Source: Pseudomonadota bacterium (GTDB lineage Bacteria > Pseudomonadota > Gammaproteobacteria > Xanthomonadales > Rhodanobacteraceae). Taken from it: DNA of 64,000 nt. Positions 9,965-19,468 of this stretch are shown piece by piece. Each line of letters begins with the position of its first letter. Within the stretch, counting starts at the first letter, position 1. Position numbers and translations under genes: made by a program. The notes beneath the pieces were generated by a model, which worked only from the letters and a program-made list of their open reading frames with translations, was not told where the DNA came from and did no database searches. The stretch spans positions 5,737 through 69,736 of the forward strand of contig JAFEEJ010000264.1 in the NCBI GenBank assembly GCA_018241145.1, read 5' to 3'.

Positions 9965-10837
9965 TCAATGCTTGCCGTTGCTGCCCGCCGTGGCGGCGCT
10001 CGCCGCCGGGGCCGGCGCCGTGCCGGCCGCCGCGGGCTTCGCGGCGCTGGCGGCGGGTGCCGGCGCTTCCGGGCCGCTCACCGATTCGCCCGGCTGCGCG
10101 GTGTGCAGGCCTTCGACGTAGCTCGCCACCGCCTCGATGTCGGATTTGTCCAGGCGCTGCGCGATCGCCGGCATGATCTGCGCGTGCGGCTCGTCGCCCC
10201 AGACCGTGCCGTCGTGCCACGCCTGCAAGGTCTTCTGCACGTAGTCGGCGTGTTCCCCGGCAAGCTGCGGATACATCGCGCCGGGATTGCCGCGTCCGTC
10301 GGGACCATGGCAGGCCATGCACGCGGGAATGCCGCGGGCGGCATCGCCTTCGCGATAGAGCTTGCCGCCGGCGACCGCCAGCGTCTGGTCGGACACGCCC
10401 GGCAGCGACCGCTTGCTGGCGAAATACGCGCCGATGTCGTGCATGTCCTGCGGCGACAGTGGCGCGACCATGCCCTGCATGATCGAATTGACGCGCACGC
10501 CGCTCTTGAAGTTCATCAACTGGCGGACGATGTACTGCTCGTTCTCGCCGGCAAGCTTCGGATATTGCGGATCGGTCGAATTGCCGTCCATGCCGTGGCA
10601 GGCGCCGCAGGCCGCGGCCTTGCCCTGTCCCGCGGCGGCGTCGCCGGGCTTCACCGGCGTGGCCTGCAGCGCCAGCAGCTGTTTTTCGGCATCGGCCGCG
10701 GGCGCGGCGGATGCACTGGTGGCGGCAGCCGGCGCGGCTGCGGTGGACTGCGATGCGGGTGCTTTCGCGGTCTGCGCAAGCGCCACGCCAGCGAAGGCGA
10801 ACACGGCGGCGGAGGCAAGCAGTTGCCGGAAGCTCAT
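9965..10837 (-). CDS. dihaem cytochrome c4
   Basis: It has two CxxCH haem motifs (CGACHG and CMACHG) and a signal peptide MSFRQLLASAAVFAFAGVALA. I chose the internal ATG (CAT at 10835-10837). It is divergent from engB, as in many gammaproteobacteria. Confidence 0.88.
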   Translation of the reverse strand: MSFRQLLASAAVFAFAGVALAQTAKAPASQSTAAAPAAATSASAAPAADAEKQLLALQATPVKPGDAAAGQGKAAACGACHGMDGNSTDPQYPKLAGENEQYIVRQLMNFKSGVRVNSIMQGMVAPLSPQDMHDIGAYFASKRSLPGVSDQTLAVAGGKLYREGDAARGIPACMACHGPDGRGNPGAMYPQLAGEHADYVQKTLQAWHDGTVWGDEPHAQIMPAIAQRLDKSDIEAVASYVEGLHTAQPGESVSGPEAPAPAASAAKPAAAGTAPAPAASAATAGSNGKH

Positions 10838-10926
10838 ACAATGGTTCTCCCGCGGGACGATGGCCGGGCAGGATTGCGCCGGCCGCAACCGCGAAATTAT
10901 GGCCGCGCCCGAAAATACGGTCAAAC

Positions 10927-11541
10927 ATGCCGGAACCTGCCAATCCCTTGCGCGGCGCGCGTTTCGTGCTGGCCGCGCACGAACCGCGCCAGTTGCCGGC
11001 CGATGCGGGCGCGGAAATCGCCTTCGCCGGCGTATCCAATGCGGGCAAGTCCAGCGCCCTGAACGCGCTGGCCGGACAGGCCGCGCTGGCGCGCACCAGC
11101 AAGACGCCCGGCCGCACGCAGCAGCTCGTGGTGTTCGAATTGCCCGGCGGCGGGCGGCTGGTGGACCTGCCCGGCTACGGCTATGCCAAGGTGCCCGAAG
11201 CGGTGCGCGAACACTGGCGCGGCGCGATCGACGGTTACCTGCGCACGCGCCGCAGCCTGCGCGGGCTGGTGCTGATCGCCGACGTCCGGCATGCGCTGAA
11301 GGATTACGACCGGCAGATGCTCGCCTTCTGCGCCGCGGTCAGACTGCCGTGCGTGGTGTTGCTCAGCAAGGCCGACAAGCTGTCGCGCACGCAGGCGCTG
11401 GCCGCGCAACGCAAGGTGCAGCGCGAGATCGACGATGCGCAATGGAATGCATCCGTGCTGTTGCTTTCCGCGACCGCGGGCACGGGCGTCGAGCAGGCGC
11501 GCGCGGCGGTGATGGCGTTGCTGGAAACGCCGCGTGCCTGA
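10927..11541 (+). CDS. engB: ribosome biogenesis GTP-binding protein YihA/EngB
   Basis: It has the G1 motif GVSNAGKSSALN, LVDLPGYGYA, and the G4 motif SKADK. The ATG is at 10927. Confidence 0.92.
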   Translation: MPEPANPLRGARFVLAAHEPRQLPADAGAEIAFAGVSNAGKSSALNALAGQAALARTSKTPGRTQQLVVFELPGGGRLVDLPGYGYAKVPEAVREHWRGAIDGYLRTRRSLRGLVLIADVRHALKDYDRQMLAFCAAVRLPCVVLLSKADKLSRTQALAAQRKVQREIDDAQWNASVLLLSATAGTGVEQARAAVMALLETPRA

Positions 11542-11602
11542 GTGATTGCAAAGGCCCGTGCACGGCCCCATTGTCCGCAAATTGAACGCAGGAGGCCCCG
11601 AC

Positions 11603-12967
11603 ATGTCCGGCCCCAGCCACGTCGAAAAGAAGCCGATCGAAAACCACGCGCAGCTGGTCGAATATCTGGCGAGCGGCGGCAAGCCCGCGGATCAGTGGCG
11701 CATCGGCACCGAGCACGAGAAATTCGTGTTCCGCACCGACGATCTGCGTCCCCCGACCTACGAAGGCGAGCGCGGCATCCGCGCGCTGCTGGAAGGCATG
11801 GCGCACTGCGGCTGGGAACTGGTGCGCGAGCATGACCTGCCGATCGCGCTTGCGCGCGGCATGGCTTCCGTCACGCTGGAGCCGGCCGGACAACTGGAAC
11901 TCTCCGGCGCGCCGGTCGCCACCATCCACGACACCTGCTGCGAAGTGCACGAGCACCTGGAAGATGTGCGTGAGGTTTCGGAAAAACTGGGCCTGGGCAT
12001 CCTCGGCATGGGTTTCCAGCCGAAGTGGCGGCGTGACGAAATGCCGTGGATGCCCAAGGGCCGCTACAGGATCATGCGCGACTACATGCCCAGGGTTGGT
12101 TCGCTGGGCCTCGACATGATGACGCGCACCTGCACGGTGCAGGTCAATCTCGACTTCGCGAACGAAGCGGACATGGTGAAGAAGTTCCGCGTCTCGCTGG
12201 CGCTGCAACCCATCGCCACCGCGCTGTTCGCCGATTCGCCGTTCACCGAAGGCAAGCCCAACGGTTATCTCTCCTATCGCTCGCACATCTGGGAAGACAC
12301 CGATCCGGATCGCACCGGCATGCTGGATTTCGTGTTCGCTCCAGGTTTTGGCTTCGAACGCTACGTGGATTACCTGCTCGACGTGCCGATGTATTTCGTC
12401 TATCGCAAGGGCGAATACATCGACGCGGCCGGGTTGTCGTTCCGCGATTTCCTCGCGGGCAAGCTTTCCGTGCTGCCGGGCGAAAAACCCACGCTGCGCG
12501 ACTGGTCCGACCACATGACCACCGCGTTCCCGGAAGTGCGACTGAAGAAATACCTGGAAATGCGCGGCGCCGACGGCGGCCCGTGGAACCGGTTGTGCGC
12601 GCTGCCGGCGTTCTGGGTCGGGCTGCTTTACGACAGCGCCGCGCTGGACGCGGCGTGGGACCTGGTCAAGGACTTCTCGATGGAAGAGCGCAACGAATTG
12701 CGCGACGGCGTGCCGAAGCACGCGCTGAAACTGCCCTTTCGCGGCGGCAGCGTGCGCGACCTCGCCCTGCACGCGCTGGAGATCGCGGGCCAGGGATTGA
12801 AACGCCGCGCGCGCCTCAACGTCGGCGGCGCCGACGAGACGATGTTCCTGCAGCCGTTGGTGGAATTCGTGCAAGCCGACCAGACCCCGGCCGAGCGCAA
12901 GCTGGAGCTGTTCCACGGGCCGTGGAAGGGAAGCGTGGATCCGGTGTTCCGCGAATTCGCGTATTGA
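11603..12967 (+). CDS. gshA: glutamate--cysteine ligase (plant/proteobacterial GCS2 type)
   Basis: [32 protein letters not shown] and [14 protein letters not shown] are characteristic of the family. A GGAGG RBS lies 8 nt upstream of the ATG at 11603. Confidence 0.9.
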   Translation: MSGPSHVEKKPIENHAQLVEYLASGGKPADQWRIGTEHEKFVFRTDDLRPPTYEGERGIRALLEGMAHCGWELVREHDLPIALARGMASVTLEPAGQLELSGAPVATIHDTCCEVHEHLEDVREVSEKLGLGILGMGFQPKWRRDEMPWMPKGRYRIMRDYMPRVGSLGLDMMTRTCTVQVNLDFANEADMVKKFRVSLALQPIATALFADSPFTEGKPNGYLSYRSHIWEDTDPDRTGMLDFVFAPGFGFERYVDYLLDVPMYFVYRKGEYIDAAGLSFRDFLAGKLSVLPGEKPTLRDWSDHMTTAFPEVRLKKYLEMRGADGGPWNRLCALPAFWVGLLYDSAALDAAWDLVKDFSMEERNELRDGVPKHALKLPFRGGSVRDLALHALEIAGQGLKRRARLNVGGADETMFLQPLVEFVQADQTPAERKLELFHGPWKGSVDPVFREFAY

Positions 12968-13885
12968 TCAGAAGATCTCGCCGACGCAACAACGCAGGCT
13001 GCCACCGGCTTTTTCGATCTCGTCCAGTTCCACCGTACCGATGCGGAAGCCCCATTCCGCCAGCGAGGCGCGTTGCGCGTCGGTCAACGCCGCTTCGGCG
13101 CGCGTGCTCATCCAGATGCGATCGTCCGCCAGCGTGATCGCGTTGCCGGCGTAGGCGCGTTTCTGTTCGGGCGTGAGCCAGATCGCGCGACTGCCGTGCG
13201 CCTGCGCGATCGCGCGCGGCACTTCAGGGTTGCGGAAGCCGTCGGCGGCGAGGATCACCGCGCGTCCGGCCAATGACGCCATCACCACGTTGGTGTGGTA
13301 TTCGCTTATCCCCAGTTCGAAGCAGAACATCAGGCGCAGCCCGAACGCTTCGTGCATCGCGCGCGCGCCGGCCCTGTCGCAGCGTTCGGAGAGCCCGCAG
13401 TACCCGATGCCGCGGGCGTGGTCGATCACCAGCGAACCCGTCAGCTCGGCCACACAATCGCCGCGTCGTGACAGATCGATTTCCTCGTAGCCCAGCACGT
13501 CGCGGAAGAATCCGCGGATGTCGCCGCGTTCCGCCTCGCGCCGCCGTACCGCGTGCCGCATCCTGCCGACGATCAGGCGCCCCGACGCGGTCGCGAATAC
13601 GTTGTTGGGGAACATCGCATCCGGCGTGTCCGCGCTGCCGGGAAACGTGATCATCGGGACGTCCTCGCGCAACGCGCGCGCGAGCGCGGCGTGCTGGCTC
13701 AACGCGCGTGTCGCGTCGAACGGCGCGTCCATCCGCATGTAACGGTTGTCGCGTGCGGATTCCGCCGCCAGCCCGTCCGCCGCCGGCGCGACCAGGAACG
13801 CCGCGCGCGCGGTGGCGCAGGCCGGCAGCAACGGCGGAAGCTCGGCGAGGGCCGAAACGAAGGCGGCAGGGGATTCGAGGATCAT
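12968..13885 (-). CDS. amidinotransferase-fold protein (arginine deiminase-related / citrulline-utilisation hydrolase-like)
   Basis: The C-terminal GGSLRCCVGEIF places the catalytic Cys in the GGS.RC context typical of the guanidino-group-modifying enzyme superfamily. PNNVF and HTNV motifs are also present. Confidence 0.75.
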   Translation of the reverse strand: MILESPAAFVSALAELPPLLPACATARAAFLVAPAADGLAAESARDNRYMRMDAPFDATRALSQHAALARALREDVPMITFPGSADTPDAMFPNNVFATASGRLIVGRMRHAVRRREAERGDIRGFFRDVLGYEEIDLSRRGDCVAELTGSLVIDHARGIGYCGLSERCDRAGARAMHEAFGLRLMFCFELGISEYHTNVVMASLAGRAVILAADGFRNPEVPRAIAQAHGSRAIWLTPEQKRAYAGNAITLADDRIWMSTRAEAALTDAQRASLAEWGFRIGTVELDEIEKAGGSLRCCVGEIF

Positions 13886-13963
13886 CGGTGAAGATTTTAC
13901 GCAGGCTTCCAGCCGCGCACACCGTACCCGACGCTGCTTGTTGCAGACTTTGCGAGGAACAAA

Positions 13964-13990
13964 AACCCCGCGGCGTTTCGCCGCGGGGTT
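13964..13990. terminator. bidirectional intrinsic terminator hairpin
   Basis: aaccccgcggcg-tttc-gccgcggggtt forms an 11-12-bp GC stem, with an A-run 5' of it. It lies between two convergent 3' ends. Confidence 0.7.
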
Positions 13991-14016
13991 ACGGAGAACA
14001 GCCAGTGGTCATTCGC

Positions 14017-15702
14017 TCAGGGGTGTTTGACGCACAGGATGTAGTCGCCGCCGGGGCTGGCCGTCCCGGCCTGCGCTATCCACTGGTAGCGTCCCGCCGG
14101 CCCCTGCTGGTGGATCTCGTTGCTGGAATTCGAGCCGATTTGTTGCGGATCCTTTCCCGGAACCTGCCATTTCGCAAAGAGACGGAAACCGGGCGGCGAA
14201 ATCAGGATGCCGTTTTCCATGCCCGCGCGAGCCACATAGCCGGGGGAGCTGCCACTGCCACCCGGAGCAAGATTGCCGGGGTAGGCCGTATAGCCATCAG
14301 GACAGCTCGCCCCCAGCGTGCCATCACCGTTGATGTTCTGCGCCAGGATATTTCCCGAGTTCGTGCCGATATCCTCCCAGGTGGCGATCGCCATGTCGTT
14401 CGGCAGGATGGTGCTGGTCAGGCGGAATTTCTGCGCCGGCGTCGAAGACACGCTGACGATGCCGGGATTCCACAAGTAGCTCCCGTTCGTATCAAGGCGT
14501 GCCGCGTGGACCTGATCCTGGCCGAAGCCGACAGCGCCGCTGTAGAAGACGATCGCACCGTCGTCACTGGTTGCGACAGTGTCCGCAAGGTAATCCGCAT
14601 TGGTGGTCTTCGGCACGATGGTGACGCCGGAACTGCCCCAGGCGAGGTTGCCGCTGGCGTCGACCCGCTGGCCCGAGATCCCCACGTTGCCCTGCGTCAG
14701 CGCATCCGCCTCGGTCCAGAACACGAAAATATCCCGGGTTGCCTGATTGTAGGCCGCGCTCGGTTCGACCTGGATATCGCCCGCCACGTTTGCCACCAAT
14801 ACCCCGTTGTGCGGGAAGGTTTCGAAACCGTTGGGTGTGAGGTGCTGCACGTGGCTCTGCAGATTGGTGCTGTCATACCAGGCGAACACCGCACCGCCGG
14901 TACCGTCCGGAATGAACGTCGGAAAATTGCCGAACTGCAGCGAGCCGGCGTCATAGACGGCCGTCGTCCACTTTGACAGGCCCGAGGTGTCGAGCTTCTG
15001 CGCCAGAAGGTGCTTGGGGCCGGAGAATCCCGTTGCGCTGACGTAAGAGAAGATCACCGTGCCGTTGGTCGAAGCGTGCAGGTCGCTGAGCGTGAGTGAA
15101 GCGCCGCCCGGGTCGGAAATCGTGGTTTCCCACTGCTGGTTGCCGCCGGCGTCGAGCCTCGCGAACTCCATGTCGGAGTTGTCCGTCCAGCCGAACACGA
15201 CACCGCCGTCGGAGGTCGCGGTGATTTTGGGGTCGGCGAGGAAATCCGCGGTGTTGCCCAGCTGGATCCCGCTCGCACCCCACATCAGCGTTCCATCCGG
15301 GGCGATCTTCTGCGCTTCGATTTTTATGTTTTCCTGGTTGGTATCGGACACACGAAAGGCAAGCAGGGCATTGCCGCTCGCGTCTTCGCTCAAGCCGTAA
15401 TCCTGCGTCGAACTGAAATACCGTTTGGCGACCAGCACGCCGTGGGTGCCGAGCATCCTGTTCCCGACCGAATCCAGCCGTTGAATCCGCACGCTGTAGC
15501 CGCCCGTGCTGTCATCGAACCAGCTGATCCAGCAGCCGCCGTCGGGGGTCGGCAGGATTTTGGGTTGGGCCTGCTCGCCCAATTTGCCGTTGCCGATCAC
15601 GAAATTCGACGCGGCGGTATTCGACCACGACGCCAGAACCGGAGTTGCCGCCATCGCAAGAACCGCAGCCAACCCCACTGTCGCAAATGCGTGCGTTCGC
15701 AT
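14017..15702 (-). CDS. secreted repeat protein (beta-propeller-like blades) with a C-terminal PPC-like domain; function unknown
   Basis: A signal peptide MRTHAFATVGLAAVLAMAATPVLA follows a good RBS (GGTGAGGAG). About 8 recurrences of a ~55-aa unit contain D-G-G-x-x-h-x-W-x-D-like cores: DGGCWISWFD, DGGVVFGWTD, GGAVFAWYD, DIFVFWTE, DDGAIVFYSG and MAIATWED. The C-terminal ~90 aa end in GGDYILCV, resembling pre-peptidase C-terminal domains. GC content is visibly lower than in the flanks. Confidence 0.75.
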   Translation of the reverse strand: MRTHAFATVGLAAVLAMAATPVLASWSNTAASNFVIGNGKLGEQAQPKILPTPDGGCWISWFDDSTGGYSVRIQRLDSVGNRMLGTHGVLVAKRYFSSTQDYGLSEDASGNALLAFRVSDTNQENIKIEAQKIAPDGTLMWGASGIQLGNTADFLADPKITATSDGGVVFGWTDNSDMEFARLDAGGNQQWETTISDPGGASLTLSDLHASTNGTVIFSYVSATGFSGPKHLLAQKLDTSGLSKWTTAVYDAGSLQFGNFPTFIPDGTGGAVFAWYDSTNLQSHVQHLTPNGFETFPHNGVLVANVAGDIQVEPSAAYNQATRDIFVFWTEADALTQGNVGISGQRVDASGNLAWGSSGVTIVPKTTNADYLADTVATSDDGAIVFYSGAVGFGQDQVHAARLDTNGSYLWNPGIVSVSSTPAQKFRLTSTILPNDMAIATWEDIGTNSGNILAQNINGDGTLGASCPDGYTAYPGNLAPGGSGSSPGYVARAGMENGILISPPGFRLFAKWQVPGKDPQQIGSNSSNEIHQQGPAGRYQWIAQAGTASPGGDYILCVKHP

Positions 15703-15913
15703 GAATATTTGCTCCTCACCTGAAGTTGAAGTCGATAAACGCGCGCGTGCAAGACGGCGCGGACCCGGATGCCACCGATGATGAAATCCCCGAATAACCT
15801 TGCGAGTCTGTTCCTTTGGTGCGATCTGTGTCAATCGACGGCACATGCTCGACAGTACGGATGCCTTGGGCGGGTCTTTTTCTGACCAATAACCGACGTT
15901 TCGTCAAGGCACA

Positions 15914-15945
15914 AAAAGGCCCGCCGAAGCGGGCCTTTTCTTTTT
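15914..15945. terminator. bidirectional intrinsic terminator
   Basis: The sequence is aaaaaggcccgc-cgaa-gcgggccttttcttttt. A- and T-runs on either side of a 7-bp GC stem allow termination in both directions. It lies directly downstream of dcp. Confidence 0.8.
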
Positions 15946-15993
15946 GCATCGCCGGCAGCGGCTCGCCGCTGCGATCGTGTCAACGCGCCGCGG

Positions 15994-18267
15994 TCACTTG
16001 CCTTCCAGCCCGCGGTCCTTCTTCATCGCGTCGATGTTGGGATCGCGGCCGCGCCAGTCGCGGTACATCGTGGCGAGGTCTTCGGTGTTGCCACGCGAAA
16101 TCACCATCTGGCGGAAGCGGTCGCCGTTGGCGCGGGTCAGGCCGCCGTGTTCGTCGAACCACGCGAAGGCGTCGTCGGCCAGCATCTGCGTCCACAGGTA
16201 GGCGTAGTAACCGGCGGCATAGCCGTTGGCCCAGATGTGCAGGAAATAGCTGCTGCGATAGCGCGGCGGCACGTAGCTCAAGTCGGTGTGGTTGTCCTTG
16301 AGCGCTTTCGCTTCGAACGCATCGACGTCGGTCACCCGCGGCGTGTTGGCGGAAAGGGTGTGCCACGACATGTCGAGCAACGCGGCCGACAGCAGCTCGG
16401 TCATGTCGTAGCCCTTGTTGAAGAGCTGCGAATTCTTGAGCTTGGCCGTCAGCGCCGCCGGCATCGGCTTGCCGGTCCTGTAATCCTTGGCGAAATTGGC
16501 GAACACCTTGGGATTGGTCGCCCAGTGTTCGTTGAACTGCGAGGGGAATTCCACGAAATCGCGCGCGGTGTTGGCGCCCGACAGGCTCGGGTACTCGGTG
16601 TCGGCGAAGAAGCCGTGCAGCGCGTGGCCGAACTCGTGGAACATCGTGATCACGTCATCCCACGACAGCAGCGCGGGCTGGCCCGGGGCAGGCTTGGTGA
16701 AATTGGCGACGTTGTAGATGACGGGTTTGGTGCCGAGCAGCTTGGACTGCCCGACCAGGTTGCTCATCCACGCGCCGCCGGTCTTGTTGTCGCGCTTGAA
16801 GTAGTCGCAATAGAACAGGCCCAGTTCCGAACCGTCCTTGTCGTACACGGTGAACACGCGCACATCCGGCTGCCATACCGGGATGTCGTGGCGTTCCTTG
16901 AAGGTCAGGCCGTAGAGCTGGTTGGCGGCGTAGAACACGCCGTTCTGCAGCACGTCGTTCAATTCGAAATACGGCTTGATCTGGCTCTCGTCCAGGTCGT
17001 ACTTCTGCTTGCGAACCTGTTCGGCGTAGAGCTCCCAATCCCACGGTTCCAGCTTGAAGGTCGGCTTGCCGGCCTTGCCCTGGTCGGCGTCGATCACCTT
17101 CTGGATGTCGGCGGCTTCGGCTCGCACGCGCGCGGTCGCGGCCGGCACCAGCGCATCCATGAACTTCATCGCCGCGGTCGGCGTCTTGGCCATCTGGTCT
17201 TCCAGCCTCCAGGCGGCGTAGTCGTCGAAACCGAGCAGCTTGGCCTTCTGCGCGCGGATCTGCGCGATCTGCGTGATGGTGTCGCGGGTATCGTTGGCGT
17301 CGCCCTTTTCGGCGCGTGTCCACGAGTCCTCGAACAGTTCATGGCGGGTATCGCGATTGGTGAGCGACCCCAGCGCCGGCTGCTGGGTGGTGTTCTGCAG
17401 CGGGATCACCCATTTGCCGTCGAGCTTGCGGTCCTTGGCCGACTGCGCGGCGGCGGCGAGGTCGTCGTCGCTCATGCCGGCAAGCGCATCCTTGTCGCCC
17501 GTCACCAGCGCGCCGGCCTTGGCCGCGGCCAGCAGCTGGTTCTGGAACTGCGCCGAAAGCGAGGATTCCTGCTTGTTGTAATCCTTCAGCTTGGCCTTGT
17601 CGGTGTCCGACAGCTTGGCACCGTTGAGCACGAATTCCTTGTAGTCCCATTCCAGCAGGCGGCGGGATTCCGGATCGAGCTTCAGCGAATCGCGCTGGTC
17701 GTACAGCGTCTGGATGCGCGCAAACAGCTTCGGGTTGAGGTAGATCGCATCCTGGTGCGCGGCGAGCCTCGGCGCTTCGATTTGCTGCACCTTTTGCAGG
17801 GTGTCGTCGGTGTTGGCGCCGGCGACCGCGCTGAAGGCGTTCATCACGCGGTAGAGCATCTGGCCGCTCTTCTCCATCGCCACCAGGGTGTTCTCGAAGG
17901 TGGGCGCCGCGGTGTTGTCGGCGATCTTCTCAATCTCCGCCTGCTGCTGGCGCATGCCTTCCTCGATCGCCGGCTGGTAATCGGCATCCTTGATCTTGTC
18001 GAACGGCGGCGCCTGCAACGGCAGCGTGCTGGCGTTGTAGAACGGATTGCCCATGATGTCGGCGCTGGAAGCCGGCGAGGGCGCGGTCGTGCTGGCCGCC
18101 TTGGCGGGCGCGGTGCCGGAATCGGCCGGCGCATCGGCGGCCGTGCGCGCGGGCGCGGGACCGGACGTGGCGGCGGTGTCCGTCTGCGTACACGCGCCGA
18201 GGCCGACCGAACCGGCGATCAATACACAGCAGGCCAGGGTCAGCGGTTTGATGCGAGAGAGGGTCAT
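15994..18267 (-). CDS. dcp: peptidyl-dipeptidase Dcp (M3 family zinc metallopeptidase), lipoprotein-type signal
   Basis: It has the HEFGHALHG zinc motif, M3A-family collinearity, and an N-terminal LIAGSVGLGAC lipobox. Confidence 0.9.
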   Translation of the reverse strand: MTLSRIKPLTLACCVLIAGSVGLGACTQTDTAATSGPAPARTAADAPADSGTAPAKAASTTAPSPASSADIMGNPFYNASTLPLQAPPFDKIKDADYQPAIEEGMRQQQAEIEKIADNTAAPTFENTLVAMEKSGQMLYRVMNAFSAVAGANTDDTLQKVQQIEAPRLAAHQDAIYLNPKLFARIQTLYDQRDSLKLDPESRRLLEWDYKEFVLNGAKLSDTDKAKLKDYNKQESSLSAQFQNQLLAAAKAGALVTGDKDALAGMSDDDLAAAAQSAKDRKLDGKWVIPLQNTTQQPALGSLTNRDTRHELFEDSWTRAEKGDANDTRDTITQIAQIRAQKAKLLGFDDYAAWRLEDQMAKTPTAAMKFMDALVPAATARVRAEAADIQKVIDADQGKAGKPTFKLEPWDWELYAEQVRKQKYDLDESQIKPYFELNDVLQNGVFYAANQLYGLTFKERHDIPVWQPDVRVFTVYDKDGSELGLFYCDYFKRDNKTGGAWMSNLVGQSKLLGTKPVIYNVANFTKPAPGQPALLSWDDVITMFHEFGHALHGFFADTEYPSLSGANTARDFVEFPSQFNEHWATNPKVFANFAKDYRTGKPMPAALTAKLKNSQLFNKGYDMTELLSAALLDMSWHTLSANTPRVTDVDAFEAKALKDNHTDLSYVPPRYRSSYFLHIWANGYAAGYYAYLWTQMLADDAFAWFDEHGGLTRANGDRFRQMVISRGNTEDLATMYRDWRGRDPNIDAMKKDRGLEGK

Positions 18268-18331
18268 GGGTTTTTCCTCGAACGTGAGACCAGGGATCGT
18301 GGAGCGGCGGGCGGATTCCCGCGCGGGAAAA

Positions 18332-18682
18332 TCAGGCCGAGCGCACGTCGCGCAGTTTCCAGTGTTGCCCGATCAGGATGAAGAGGCGGTGGCGCAGGAT
18401 CGCGTGCGACAGCGAAGTGGTCACTTCGACGTCGGCGTGCAGGTCTTCCTGGTGCGCGGTGACCGTGGCGTTCGGATCGACCGGCGCCAGCGAATCGTCC
18501 ACGTCGTCGGGCTCGGGTTGCTTGGCGCGCCAGCGGGAGAACAGCACGGCTTCGCGCAGCGCCTGTTGCAGCGCGGCGGCAAATCCCTGCGGCGAGGAAC
18601 CCTGGAAAGCGAGGTCGGGATCGGGGCCGCGCGCGGTGGCGAGGTTGTCGATCGTGAGGTAATAGCGCTGAGCGGTGCCCAT
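18332..18682 (-). CDS. hypothetical protein
   Basis: 116-aa ORF starting from ATG (CAT at 18680-18682). The alternative upstream start at 18706 is TTG. I recognise no motifs. Codon usage is consistent with the host genome. Confidence 0.5.
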   Translation of the reverse strand: MGTAQRYYLTIDNLATARGPDPDLAFQGSSPQGFAAALQQALREAVLFSRWRAKQPEPDDVDDSLAPVDPNATVTAHQEDLHADVEVTTSLSHAILRHRLFILIGQHWKLRDVRSA

Positions 18683-18757
18683 GCGGAATCCTGTGCGGGG
18701 TAACAAACTCCGGAATCATGCCGGGAACCGGGCGCGAGTGCCAGACCGTGCCGCAAG

Positions 18758-19468
18758 TCATGGTCGTGGCCGCAATGCGGCGAGCGCGGCGCGCAGCGCG
18801 CCCGTGCGTGCCGCGGCCGCCGGATCGAGGCCGTGTTCCAGCACCCCGAGGCAGGGCGCCGGCAGCAGCCGGCGCAGGGTTTCGAGATTGTCTCCGCGGC
18901 GCGGCATCGACGGATCGATGGCGTTGCCGATCCAGCCCAGCAGCTCGCATCCGTCATCCACGATCGCGCGCGCGGAGAGGCGTGCATGGTTGATGCAGCC
19001 CAGGCGCAGGCCGACGACGAGGATCACCGGCAGGTCGAGGCGGCGCGGAATGTCGGCGGCTTCCAGCGAGTCGCCCAGCGGCACTGCCCAGCCGCCCACG
19101 CCTTCGACGACGACGAAATCCGCGCGCGTGGCGAGCCGCGCATGCGCGGATTCGATGCGGGGCAAGTCGATTTCTACCCCGGCATCCGCCGCGGCGAGGT
19201 GCGGCGCGATCGCCGCTTCGAATGCATACGGGTTGCAAAGGGTGTAGTCGGACCGCGGATCGCTCGCATCGATCAGCGCCAATGCGTCTTCGTTGCGCAG
19301 GCCTTCCCGCGTGCTTTCACAGCCGCTGGCCACCGGTTTCATGCCGGTGGCGCGCACGCCGCCCGCGCGCAAGGCGTGCAGCAGCGCGCAGGCCGCAAAA
19401 GTCTTGCCGATGCCGGTGTCGGTGCCGGCGATGAACACGCCGGGTCGGGGCAGGCTGCGCGCGCTCAT
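18758..19468 (-). CDS. bioD: dethiobiotin synthase
   Basis: VFIAGTDTGIGKT is the P-loop, with MKPVASG and VVEGVGG also present. The ATG is at 19468. The much longer ORF-track frame upstream is non-coding or belongs to the neighbouring gene. Confidence 0.9.
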   Translation of the reverse strand: MSARSLPRPGVFIAGTDTGIGKTFAACALLHALRAGGVRATGMKPVASGCESTREGLRNEDALALIDASDPRSDYTLCNPYAFEAAIAPHLAAADAGVEIDLPRIESAHARLATRADFVVVEGVGGWAVPLGDSLEAADIPRRLDLPVILVVGLRLGCINHARLSARAIVDDGCELLGWIGNAIDPSMPRRGDNLETLRRLLPAPCLGVLEHGLDPAAAARTGALRAALAALRPRP

